Assembly: GCF_963921235.1 (NCBI RefSeq) | Contig: NC_086101.1 | Coordinates: 8,992,001-9,056,000 of the forward strand | Direction: 5' to 3' | Origin: Mobula hypostoma | Lineage: Eukaryota | Length of the DNA stretch: 64,000 bases | Part shown: positions 12,916 to 23,740 of the stretch, piece after piece | Position numbering within the stretch: the first letter of the stretch is position 1 | Layout: every line of letters starts with the position of its first letter | Position numbers and translations under genes: made by a program | Notes under the pieces: model-generated | What the model saw: only the letters and a program-made list of their open reading frames with translations | What the model was told of the DNA's origin: nothing | Databases searched by the model: none

Positions 12916-13529
12916 CTGAAAACTCCCACTAAACTCACTCCTATTGGCACACATGGAGAAAGAGGGACACAGAACCATGGGAGGAAGTACAAGAAATTTC
13001 ATGAAAATGATACCACAAATGAGTGGATGGAACTTACAGGAGAGACTGGGCAGGTTGTGCATTTTTATCTGGATATGAAGTAGGGAGGATCAGATGGAGG
13101 AATTTAACATTCCGAATGGATTTGATGGCATGGGAGTGGAGAAAATATTTCTGTATTTAGGAGACCAAAAATCAAAGATAAAACATCATTTGGTTGTTAA
13201 TAAATTCCACAAGAAATGTGGTGAAGAGAATATCAGAAATACACTCATAACCTGTGATGGTAACCGGGTGTTACTCTGAGTATCAGGGGATATTATACGT
13301 GGGAATCACAGAAATGATCACCAGCTCAGTGCTCTGATCAGAGTAACTCATTCCTGAGAAGTTTGCAGATTGTCCTTCAGATGTTGTGGGAGGCTGGTTT
13401 GGGACAACGACAATCCTGAACAGTCAAGACATCTGCATGGTGAAAATCAGTTTCCAATTACAGTATTTGAGATAAAATACATCATTTTGTGACTGTGAAC
13501 TTTTACAGAAGCAAACTGAAATCTCTCAC

Positions 13530-13763
13530 CATGAGGAATATGATATTTTCTTGTTGATCCTTCTGTTCCTGTAGCTTAGAGATCTCCTCCTGGATAGAAT
13601 TTAAATTCTCTTGAATGTCTCGAAGATTTTCCTCCATTGGATTCAGAATCCTCGCCTCTTCCTCCCTGAGATTTTGGAGTGCGCGCTGCTCTTTCTCAGT
13701 GAGAACCAGGCGCAGTTCAGCAAACTGGGATGTGATGTGAGACTGAAGGCTGTGTGTCTGTTC
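13530..13763 (-). CDS. TRIM-A coding exon 3 (coiled coil, 234 bp)
   Basis: TTGACAG|GAACAG...CTCATG|GTGAGA; EQTHSLQSHITSQFAELRLVLTEKEQRALQNLREEEARILNPMEENL...IIFLM, open frame. Confidence 0.9.
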
Positions 13764-13949
13764 CTGTCAATGAAAGGAGAGGCTAGTTTACTATTTGAGG
13801 CTATTTTTTGTATTTCCTTCTGACATGGAAGGTCACTATTCAGCACATTAACTTCTCTGCTGGTTCTCAGAACAACGCCCTCCATCACATTCCCCCACGT
13901 CTCCCTGAAACATATGCTCCGTCTCTAACCCACTAATTCCGACCTAATT

Positions 13950-14125
13950 CACAGACCACCCACAATCACAAGATGAATTACGGTAGCTATTTTACCATTC
14001 AACCATGCAATGTCGGGTAAAGGAAGGTACTGGTTACGGGGAGAACGTGCAAACTCCACGCAGACAACTCCAGGGGTCAGGATCTATCCCAGGTTACTGG
14101 AGCTGCGATACTCTGCTATTCTGCA
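13950..14125 (-). mobile_element. Old V-SINE remnant in TRIM-A intron 2 (shared with TRIM-B 40185-40400)
   Basis: GGGATAGATCCTGACC...GTCTGCGTGGAGTTTGCACGTTCTC at the same intron position in both paralogs. Confidence 0.6.
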
Positions 14126-14179
14126 TTAAAGGAGACAAAACCACACAGGGAATTTGTAAATTCTGTTCAGGAGCCTCAC

Positions 14180-14275
14180 CCGAACTCCAGAAATCTTCTC
14201 TTTCTGTTGTTGCTCCATTTCTTCGAAGTCTGATTTCTTTTTAGTGAGAGAGTCTATGGAAGATTTAACCCGACC
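14180..14275 (-). CDS. TRIM-A coding exon 2 (coiled coil, 96 bp)
   Basis: TTCCCAG|GGTCGG...GTTCGG|GTGAGG; GRVKSSIDSLTKKKSDFEEMEQQQKEKISGVR; same size and phase as the paralog exon. Confidence 0.9.
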
Positions 14276-14353
14276 CTGGGAATCAGAGAGTGAAGACATT
14301 AGACCAAAATATGCAACTAACTAAACAGCTGATCAAAACCTGGTTAGTTATAC

Positions 14354-14764
14354 CTTGTAGATTTCGACGGCTTCTTCAACGGGCATGAAGTTGTGAGACT
14401 TGTGTTCCCGCGCAGTCGCACAGATCAGGCAGATCAGTGTCTTGTCCGTCTCACAAAACAGCTTTAGTTCTTCCTCATGTTTCTCGCAGTGAAATTTACT
14501 TTCCTTCTCTTTCGGATTCAGGTTTAATTTTCGAGCTTTCTCAGACAGATTTGCTAAGGCCCGATTGGCCCTGAGGGTGCGTTCCGCAAACTCCTCTCTG
14601 CATTCCGGGTAGGAGTTTCTCTCCTCCCTTTCCCAATATCGTGTGATGCAGGAGCGGCAGAAGTTGTGTCCACACTCTAGTGACACCGGATCGGTGAAGA
14701 AATCCAGGCAGATGGGACAAATTGCCTCCTCGGTTAAACTCTCGACCTGTCCTTTCGAAGCCAT
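14354..14764 (-). CDS. TRIM-A coding exon 1 (RING + B-box), TRIM39/A33-like E3 ligase family
   Basis: ATG at 14764: [39 protein letters not shown]...NSYPEC...[32 protein letters not shown]; 411 bp ending at AAG|GTATAA donor. Confidence 0.93.
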
Positions 14765-14777
14765 GTTAACTCTCGGT

Positions 14778-14806
14778 ACTTCCTGGTTCCGGATCCTTTC
14801 ACTTTC
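14778..14806 (-). promoter_or_regulatory. IRF-E/ISRE-like GAAAGTGAAAG plus ETS-like CAGGAAGT upstream of the TRIM-A ATG
   Basis: GAAAGTGAAAG at 14806-14796 followed by CCAGGAAGT; conserved in TRIM-B. Confidence 0.55.
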
Positions 14807-16172
14807 GGGGAGCTGCTGAACGCCTGCGGTACCGCGATTGTCCACTAGGGGCGCTGCAGTCTCGGGAATGAATGTTCCTTTTCAGTGAGCAGGAATCGTG
14901 TTCATTTCCACAGCAGGGAACAGAAACACATTAAACAAGTCCCACCTACGGTTACCCCGTACACTCTACGCCGGATATTCGGTGTTTTCAGATTTATTCA
15001 CTCGAGAACGTTTCTGAAAATCTCCGTTTTCGGGGGAGGAAATCGCCTGTTTCAGTGTGTACGGAGGGTCAAAATGAAGAGAAAAAGCTTCGGTTACGGA
15101 TTTATCCGGTCTAGTGAAGATGTAGCCTAACGAAGATAAAGCCGGAGAGAAGAGCTTGTTTCAGTCTACGGCAGAACTGAAGGGACAAGTCCTGAAAAGA
15201 GAGACACAAGGGACTGTAAATGCAGGAATCTGGAGGAAAAAGAGAGCTGTTGGAGGAACTAAGCAGGTCAGACAGCATTTGTGGAGAAAAATAGACATAA
15301 GATATTCCGGGTAGAGACAGTCCAGGTGAAGGTTCTCCACCCGAAATGTCGATTGTCCATTTCTCTCCAGAGATGCCGCCTAACCGTCGGTGTTCCTATT
15401 AAAGCTCGTTTTTTTTTAGATTGAGGATTAAGGGGAGTCAACCTGAGGTGTAAAAACGGTGCTTAATGCAAATTTATAGCAACTATTAAATCAGTATGGA
15501 ACACGGGATGTGGAGAGAATCTGCTGTGAGGAGACAGATACTGTAGCGATGACAAAGATGCGGCTGCAGAAATAACCACAGGACTGGACATTGTACATTG
15601 CAGTGTAGAAAACATTCAAATCTGATTTCCATTTTCCTTCATGACTTCACCACATACGGCCCGGCTCCAAAGGTCCGGTCTCACTTGTTCTGAACGGGGC
15701 CCAAGTGTGGAAATGATTTCCCGCTGCCTGTCTTCTAAACCCCGTCAGACCCAGAGAGCAGGGGCACTGGACTGAAATCTCCACTCACAAACACAAGAGG
15801 TTCTGCAGATACTGGAATTTCAGAGCAACACACACAATATACTGGAGGAACTCAGCCGGTCAGGCAGCATATGGAGAGAAATAAACAGCGTTGAAGGTTC
15901 TCGGTCGGAAACGACGACTGTTCTCCTCTCCACAGCCCCTGAGTTCCTCCAGTGTTTTGAGTGTGTTGCTCTCTGACAGTCTTCATCAGGCAGCTTCCAC
16001 AACAGCAGCTCGAGGGACAGAGGGACTGGGGGTTGGGTTGTGGGTGTGGGGACCAGTCTCCCACTTAAATACGGTTCAGATGGAACAACACAGAAAGAAC
16101 CTGCCAGACAGCAGTGGTGAGTTTCATGAACAAGTCAGTTTATTCAGACTCTGTTACAGTGAACATCGGGGA

Positions 16173-18797
16173 ACATAGAAAACATAGAAAATAGATGCTG
16201 GAGTAGGTCATTCGGCCCTTTGAACCTGCACGGCCATTCAGTATGATCAACTCAGAACACTGTACCAGCCTTCCCTCCATACCCCCTAATCCCTTTAGCC
16301 ACAAGGGCCATATCTAACTCCCTCTTAAATATAGCCAATGAGCTGGCCTCAACTGTTTCCTGTGGCAGAGAATTCCACAGATTCACCACTCTCTGTGTGA
16401 AGAAGTTTTTCCTAATCTCGGTCCTAAAAGGCTTCCCCTTTATCCTTAAACTGTGACCCCTCATTCTGGACTTCCCCAACATCGGGAACAATCTTCCTGC
16501 ATCTAGCCTGTCCAATCCCTTTAGGATTTTATACGTTTCAATAAGATCCCCCCTCAACCTTCTAAATTCCAATGAGTATAAGCCTAGTCGATCCAGTCTT
16601 TCTTCATATGAAAGTCCTGCCATCCCAGGAATCAATCTGGTGAACCTTCTTTGTACTCCCTCTATGGCAAGAATGTCTTTCCTCAGATTAGGGGACCAAA
16701 ACTGCACACAATACTCCAGGTGTGGTCTCACCAAGGCCTTGAACAACTGCAGTAGTACCTCCCTGCTCCTGTACTCGAATCCTCTTACTATGAATGCCAG
16801 CATACCATTCGCCTTTTTCACTGCCTGCTGTACCTGCATGCCCACTTTCAATGACTGGTGTATAATGACACGCAGGTCTCGTTGCACCTCCCCTTTTCCT
16901 AATCGGCCACCATTCAGATAATAATCTGTTTTTAAACGCAAACAACAGGAATTCTGCAGATGCTGGAAATTCAAGCAACACACATCAAAGTTGCTGGTGA
17001 ACGCAGCAGGCCAAGCAGCATCTATTTGTTTTCCTGTTTTTGCCACCAAAGTGGATAACCTCACATTTATCCACATTAAGTTGCATCTGCCATGAATTTG
17101 CCCACCCACCCAACCTATCCAAGTCACCCTGCATCCTCTTAGCATCCTCCTCACAGCTAACACTGCCACCCAGCTTCGTGTCATCTGCAAACTTGGAGAT
17201 GCCGCATTTAATTCCCTCATCCAAGTCATTAATATATATTGTAAACAACTGGGGTCCCAGCACTGAGCCTTGCAGTACCCCACTAGTCACTGCCTGCCAA
17301 TCTGAAAAGGTCCTGTTTATTCCCACTCTTTGCTTCCTGTCTGCAAACCAATTCTCTATCCACATCAATACCTTAACCCCCAATACCGCGTGCTTTAAGT
17401 TTGCACACTCATCTCTTGTGTGAGACCTTGTCAAAAGCCTTTTGAAAATCCAAATATAGATTCATCAGACATGATTTTCCTTTCACAAATCCATGCTGAC
17501 TTTGTCCAATGATTTCACCACTTTCCAAATGTGCTGTTATCACATCTTTGGTAACTGACTCTAGCATTTTCCCCACCACTGATGTTAGGCTAACCGGTCC
17601 ATAATTCCCCGGTTTCTCTCTCCCTCCTTTTTTAAAAAGCTGGGTTACATTAGCCACCCTCCAATCCTCAGGAACTAGTCCAGAATCTAAAGAATTTTGA
17701 AAAATTATCACTAATGCATCCACTATTTCTTGGGCTGCTTCCTTAAGCACTCTAGGATGCAGACCATCTGGCCCTGGGGATTTGTCTGCCCTTAATCCCT
17801 TCAATTTACCTAACACCACTTCCCTTCTAACATGTATTTCCCTCAGTTCCTACATCTCACTAGACCCTTTGTCCCCTACTATTTCCAGAAGATTATTTAT
17901 GTCCTCCTTAGTGAAGACAGAACCAAAGTAGTTATTCAATTGGTCTGTCATGTCCTTGCTCCCCATAATCAATTCACCTGTATCTGTCTGTAGGGGACCT
18001 ACATTTGTCTTAACCAATCTTTTTCTTTTCAGCTATCTATAAAAGCTTTTACAGTCAGTTTTTATGTTCCCTGCCAGTTTTCTCTCATAATCTTTTTTCC
18101 CTTTCCTAATTAAGCCCTTTGTCCTCCTCTGCTGGACTTGGAATTTCTCCCAGTCCTCAGGTGAGCCGCTTTTTCTGGCTAATTTGTATGCTTCTTCTTT
18201 GGAATTGATACGATCCCTAATTTCCCTTGTCAGCCACGGGTGCACTACATTCCTTGGTTTATTTTGCTAAACTGGGATGAACAATTGTTGTAGTTCATCC
18301 ATGCGATCTTTAAATGCTTGCCATTGCATATCCACTGTCAACCCTTTAAGTATCATTTGCCAGTCTAGCTTAGCTAATTCATGTCTCATAGCTTCAAAGT
18401 TACCCTTCTTTAAGTTCAGAACCTTTGTTTCTGAATTAACTATGTCACTCTCCATCTGAATGAAGAATTCCACCATATTATGGTCATTCTTACCCAAGGG
18501 GCCTCTCATGACAAGATTGCTAATTAACCCTTCCTCATTGCTCAAAACCCAGTCCAGAATAGCCTGCTCTCTATTTGGTTCCTCAACATGTTGGTTCAAA
18601 AAACCATCCCACATACATTCCAAGAAATCCTCTTCCTCAGCACCCTTACCAATTTGGTTCACCCAATCTATATGTAGATTGAAGTCACCCATTATAACTG
18701 CTGTTCCTTTATTGCATGCATTTCTAATTTCCTGTTTAATACCATCCCCAACCTCACTACTACTGTTAGGTGGCCTGTACACAACTCCCACCAGCAC
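16173..18797 (-). mobile_element. CR1 LINE family A, 5'-truncated, with internal deletions and a 94-bp insertion
   Basis: LVGVVYRPPN, GDFNL, KSPGPDGLHPRVLKE, KFADDTKLGG, HLEYCVQFWSP; (CTATGTTT)n-type tail at ~16173. Confidence 0.9.
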
Positions 18798-19289
18798 TTC
18801 GGGTGTGATCGCAAAGATACTCCACTGAGTTAATGATCTTATGGGTCGCTGTGGATTTCATAAAAATTCATCAGAAACCTACATTTCTCTGTAGTATTTG
18901 ATCTTTAATCATTCCTCTGTGGTCTATCTCTATCTCACTGACAGTCATTTCCTAGGGCTCTCTGTAATTCGCTGTTTTCATTTCTGATCCTGTGTTTCTG
19001 CCATGACTCTCATTATCTGATGATAAACTCTCCTGCCGTGGTCTGCAATCCAACCTCCACCTGTTTACCTTTGATCCAGTGAGCTTCACCTTGCTGACTG
19101 AACACATCCACAGTCTAATCACTGCACTGACTGTCATATCATCACCTCTCAGTGTCCTTCTCCCTTCGTCTCATTAATTTTACTACCGTAATTTCCCTGA
19201 TTGTATGGCACCTTACATTTTATAAGCTTTCCCACTTCGCTTATGATTCCCGAGATCGCTTCTTCAGATATCACTGCCTGACACTGTGT

Positions 19290-19564
19290 GGTGTCTTTGT
19301 TATTTGCCACCTATCAGCCCAGGCATGGATATTGCCCAGGTCTTGCTGCATTTGTGTTGTGGGCTGCTTCATTATCTGAGGAGTGGTAGATGGTGCTGAA
19401 CATTGTGTCGTCATCAGTGACCATCCCGACCTCTGACCTTACGATGGACAGAATGTCGTTGATGAAGCAGCTGAAGGTGTTTGGGCCGAGCACTCTGTCC
19501 TGGGGAGTTCCTGCAGAGATGTCCTGTGGCTGAGATGATCAGCTCCAAACATCACAGCTATCTT
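19290..19564 (-). mobile_element. Degenerate LINE RT fragment (CR1/L2 group, different family)
   Basis: Minus frame SAGTPQDRVLGPNTFSCFINDI.SIVRSEVGMVTDD resembles PQGSVLGP...FINDL...FADD. Confidence 0.6.
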
Positions 19565-21935
19565 ACATAGAAACATAGAAAATAGGTGCAGGAGTAGGCC
19601 ATTCGGCCCTTCGAGCCTGCACCACCATTCAGTATGATCATGGCTGATCATCCAACTCAGAACCCTGCAACAGCCTTCCCTCCATACCCCCTGATCCCTT
19701 TAGCCACAAGGGCCATATCGAACTCCCTCTTAAATATAGCCAATGAACTGGCCTCAACTGTTTCCTGTGGCAGAGAATTCCACAGATTCACCACTCTCTG
19801 TGTGAAGAAGTTTTTCCTAATCTCGGGCCTAATAGGCTTCCTCTTTATTCTCAAACTGTGACCCCTCGTTCTGGACTTCCCCAACATCGGGAACAATCTT
19901 CTTGCATCTAGCCTGTCCGATCCCTTTAGGATTTTATACGTTTCAATCAGATCCCCCTTCAATCCTCTAAATTCCAACGAGTATAAGCCTAGTTCATCCA
20001 GTCTTTCATCATATGAAAGTCCTGCCATCCCAGGAGTCAATCTGGTGAACCTTCTTTGTACTCCCTCTATGGCAAGGATGTCTTTCCTCAGATTAGGGGA
20101 CCAAAACTGCACACAATACTCCAGGTGTGGTCTCACCAAGGTCTCGTACAACTGCAGTAGTACCTCTCTGCTCCTGTACTCGAATCCTCTTGCTATAAAT
20201 GCCAGCATACCATTCGCCTTTTTCACCGCCTGCTGTACCTGCATGCCCACTTTCAATGACTGGTGTATAATGACACCCAGGTCTCGTTGCACCTCCCCTT
20301 TTCCTAATTGGCCACCGTTCAGATAATAATCTGTTATCCTGTTTTTGCCACCAAAGTGGATAACCTCACATTTATCCACATTAAATTGCATCTGCCATGA
20401 ATTTGCCCACTCACCCAACCTATCCAAGTCACCCTGCATCCTCTTAGCATCCTCCTCACAGCTAACACTGCCGCCCAGCTTCGTGTCATCCGCAAACTTG
20501 GAGATGCTGCATTTAATTCCCTCATCCAAGTCATTAATATATATTGTAAACAACTGGGGTCCCAGCACTGAGCCTTGCGGTATCCCACTAGTCACCGCCT
20601 CCCATTCGGAAAAGGTCCCGTTTATTCCCACTCTTTGCTTCCTGTCTGCTAACCAATTCTCTATCCACATCAATACCTTACCCCCAATACTGTGTGCTTT
20701 AAGTTTGCACACTAATCTCCTGTGTGGGACCTTGTCAAAAGCCTTTTGAAAATCCAAATATATCACATCCACTGGTTCTCCCCTATCCACACTATGAGTT
20801 ACATCCTCAAAAAATTCTATGAGATTCGTCAGACATGATTTTCCTTTCACAAATCCATGCTGACTTTGTCCGATGATTTCACCGCTTTCTAAATGTGCTG
20901 CTATCACATCTTTGATAACTGACTCTAGCATTTTCCCCACCACCGATGTTAGGCTAACCGGTCTATAATTCCCCGGTTTCTCTCTCCCTCCTTTTTTAAA
21001 AAGCTGGGTTACATTAGCCACCCTCCAATCCTCAGGAACTAGTCCAGAATCTAAAGAGTTTTGAAAAATTATCACTAATGCATCCACTATTTCTCAGGCT
21101 ACTTCCTTAAGCACTCTGGGATGCAGACCATCTGGCCCTGGGGTTTTATCTGCCCTTAATCCCTTCAATTTACCTAACACCTCTTTCCTACTAACATGTA
21201 TTTTGCTCAGTTCCTCCATCTCAGTGGACCGTCTGTCCCCTACTATTTCCGGAAGATTATTTATGTCCTCCTTAGTGAAGACAGAACCAATGTAATTATT
21301 CAATTGGTCTGCCATGTCCTTGCTCCCCATAATCAATTCACCTGTTTCTGTCTGTAGGGGACCTACATTTGTCTTAACCAATCTTTTTCTTTGCACATAT
21401 CTATGAAAGCTTTTACAGTCAGTTTTTATGTTCCCTGCCCGTTTTCTCTCATAATCTTTTTTCTCCTTCCTAATTAAGCCCTTTGTCCTCCTCTGCTGAA
21501 CTCTGAATTTCTCCCAGTCCTCAGGTGAGCCGCTTTTTCTGGCTAATTTGTATGCTTCTTCTTTGGAATTGATACTATCCCTAATTTCCCTTGTCAGCCA
21601 CGGGTGCACTACCTTCCTTGATTTATTCTTTTGCCAAACTGGGATGAACAATTGTTGTAGTTCATCCATGCGATCTTTAAATGCTTGCCATTGCATATCC
21701 ACAGTCAACCCTTTAAGTGTCATTTGCCAGTCTATCTTAGCTAATTCATGTCTCATACCTTCAAAGTTACCCTTCTTTAAGTTCAGAACCTTTGTTTCTG
21801 AATTAACTATGTCACTCTCCATCTTAATGAAGAATTCCACCATATTATGGTCACTCTTACCCAAGGGGCCTCTCACGACAAGATTGCTAATTAACCCTTC
21901 CTCATTGCTCAATACCCAGTCTAGAATAGCCTATT
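19565..21935 (-). mobile_element. CR1 LINE family A, young copy
   Basis: 476-aa RT ORF 21087-19657 plus 272-aa upstream ORF; tail TTTTCTATGTTTCTATG. Confidence 0.93.
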
Positions 21936-21979
21936 CTCTTCTTTGATTCCCACTGATTACCCCATTATTCCTTCACTTG

Positions 21980-22093
21980 AACTATTTATTTTATAATTCA
22001 TAGTGATGTTATGTCTGTGCACTGCACTGCTGCTGCAAAGCAACACATTTCACATCATATATAACAGAGATAATGAACACGATTCTGATTCTG
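21980..22093 (+). mobile_element. Probable Rex1/Babar-type 3' end
   Basis: GCACTGCTGCTGCAAAGCAACACATTTCAC...GATTCTGATTCTG tail. Confidence 0.4.
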
Positions 22094-22200
22094 TTTCCAC
22101 AGATTAGTCAGGCCCAGTGACCTGTCTGATCCGACCTCTCCCAATCATGTGCTTAAACCCTCCCAACACCCGATAATCTCTCAGTTCATCCATCGGATCA

Positions 22201-22252
22201 CCCCCCCCCCCCACACACACACACACAGAGCTCTAAACACACACACACACAC
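22201..22252. repeat. poly-C plus (CA)n microsatellite
   Basis: C12 followed by two CA runs. Confidence 0.9.
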
Positions 22253-22394
22253 AAAGCACGCTCTAAACACAACTCCTTCCCTCCAGGACAGTGAAATATT
22301 ACAGAAGGCAGGACCCTCGAGTCAGGCCAGGGCTCCTGCAGGTTGCGATATTTCATCGTCCCTCTGTAAACAAGAGACATTTGACCTGCCGGCC

Positions 22395-22710
22395 TCAGTG
22401 CTGATGTTCCTGTTTCCGGTGAGCTCACTGACGGAAACTGCTGCTGGAAGATCATCAGCTCAGTGAGAGACGCTGTTTGGTCCGCCCGAAACCTGTTGGT
22501 CTCCCAGCACAGCGAGATGTCCGTCAGGGAATGCTGCCAACATTGAAAAGTTTCATCACCTCTGAGACAACCTGAGTGGGAATGGTTTAAACATGACCGA
22601 CTGGATTGACCGAATGGCACTCAGAATGTAAAACATTATTCACATCGTGTTTAGCATTTCGTATATATTTTATTATGAATAAAAGGCACATTTGAAATGC
22701 AAAATGCAGC
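22395..22710 (+). mobile_element. Second, older Tx1 3' relic
   Basis: CCWKIISSVRDAVWSARNLLVSQHSEMSVRECCQ aligns with Tx1 ORF2 CCWQIINSVKDALWLARNLMIYQHMEMSVGECCR; ends TTATGAATAAAAG. Confidence 0.75.
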
Positions 22711-23588
22711 TCAGATACAGGCCGAATCTCATCAACCATTATCCACACTCTTACACTAATGCTACACTGCAGATCCCACATTGGTCTCATCGATCACCTC
22801 AGCTCTGGAGTAGAAATAAGTCATCCTCAAATCTGGGAGACACCAGAGAAGGTGCATGTCCCTGTGTAAGGGAAGAGTTAATTGTGATTCCTCCTTGCTA
22901 CATGCTGAATTAAAATGGAAGTTCAAAGACAAAATGGTGTCAGATTAGAATGTGGTGATGGCCTTCTTTCCCTCGCATTGACCAATGTCTTGTCTCTTTT
23001 GAATATACATCATGGAGATGAAATACCGATGAAGAATGTTTTCCTCCTTACAGACCTGTTGTCTCCTTCTTCCTAAATTCTGTGTCTGGGATGAAGCTCA
23101 TAAGAGATAAGAGGATTCAGCTGGAACCACCAAGCTACAGAAGAATACTGGGTAATGATTATGTTTATGCTTTGATGTAATCTTAAAAGGTATAAAAAGG
23201 GCATTTTCTTTGTGTAATGGGAGGGTTTTGTCTGAGGCTAGATCACCACTGGTGTTAATGTTGAGATTTAGAGAAGACAGGGATGGAATAGTGTGAGAAA
23301 AATTGTCGGATCTGTGACACCCTTCTGACATTGCAGAGATCGGCTCAGTGAATGATAAGAATTATTTTGATTCTGTGCTGCAACTACTGCAGACTCTTGA
23401 TTTTTCTATCTGGGTTGCATTTGTGCTGGTTCTAATGAGGTGTTTTCTTGCGGCCTTGAACACGTGTGTTGCAACTCCTTTGTTTGTGAATGCATCTGTG
23501 AATACCCTGAGCTGAATCAGAAAATAACACAGAATGAATCTTAAAAAACACAAACAACAGGAATTCAAGCAACACACATCAAAGTTTC

Positions 23589-23626
23589 TGGTCCTGACGA
23601 AGGGTCTCGGCCTGAAACGTCGGCTG
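23589..23626 (+). ncRNA. Minimal type I hammerhead ribozyme motif (Penelope-associated)
   Basis: TGGTC-CTGACGA-AGG(GTCTCGG)CCT-GAAAC-GTC-GGCTG: CUGANGA and GAAA boxes intact, stem II, palindromic ACGT helix III, GUC cleavage triplet. Confidence 0.6.
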
Positions 23627-23722
23627 TACCTCTTCCTAGAAATGCTGCCTGGCCTGCTGCGTTCACCAGCAACTTCGATGTGCGTTGAATGAATCTTAAA
23701 TATCATTTTCTTTATACCCTGT

Positions 23723-23740
23723 GCGGCCAGCAGGTGGCGG
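23723..23740 (+). promoter_or_regulatory. CTCF-like motif in the intergenic region
   Basis: GCGGCCAGCAGGTGGCGG fits the CCASYAGRKGGC consensus. Confidence 0.45.

Noticed and set aside
14842..14855. CTCF motif near the TRIM-A promoter (CCACTAGGGGCGC)
   Set aside because: It is one G short of the consensus and is not conserved in TRIM-B.
19657..21912. Active autonomous CR1 or host reverse transcriptase gene
   Set aside because: The copy is 5'-truncated within the endonuclease, lacks ORF1, and ORF2 is broken near 21090.
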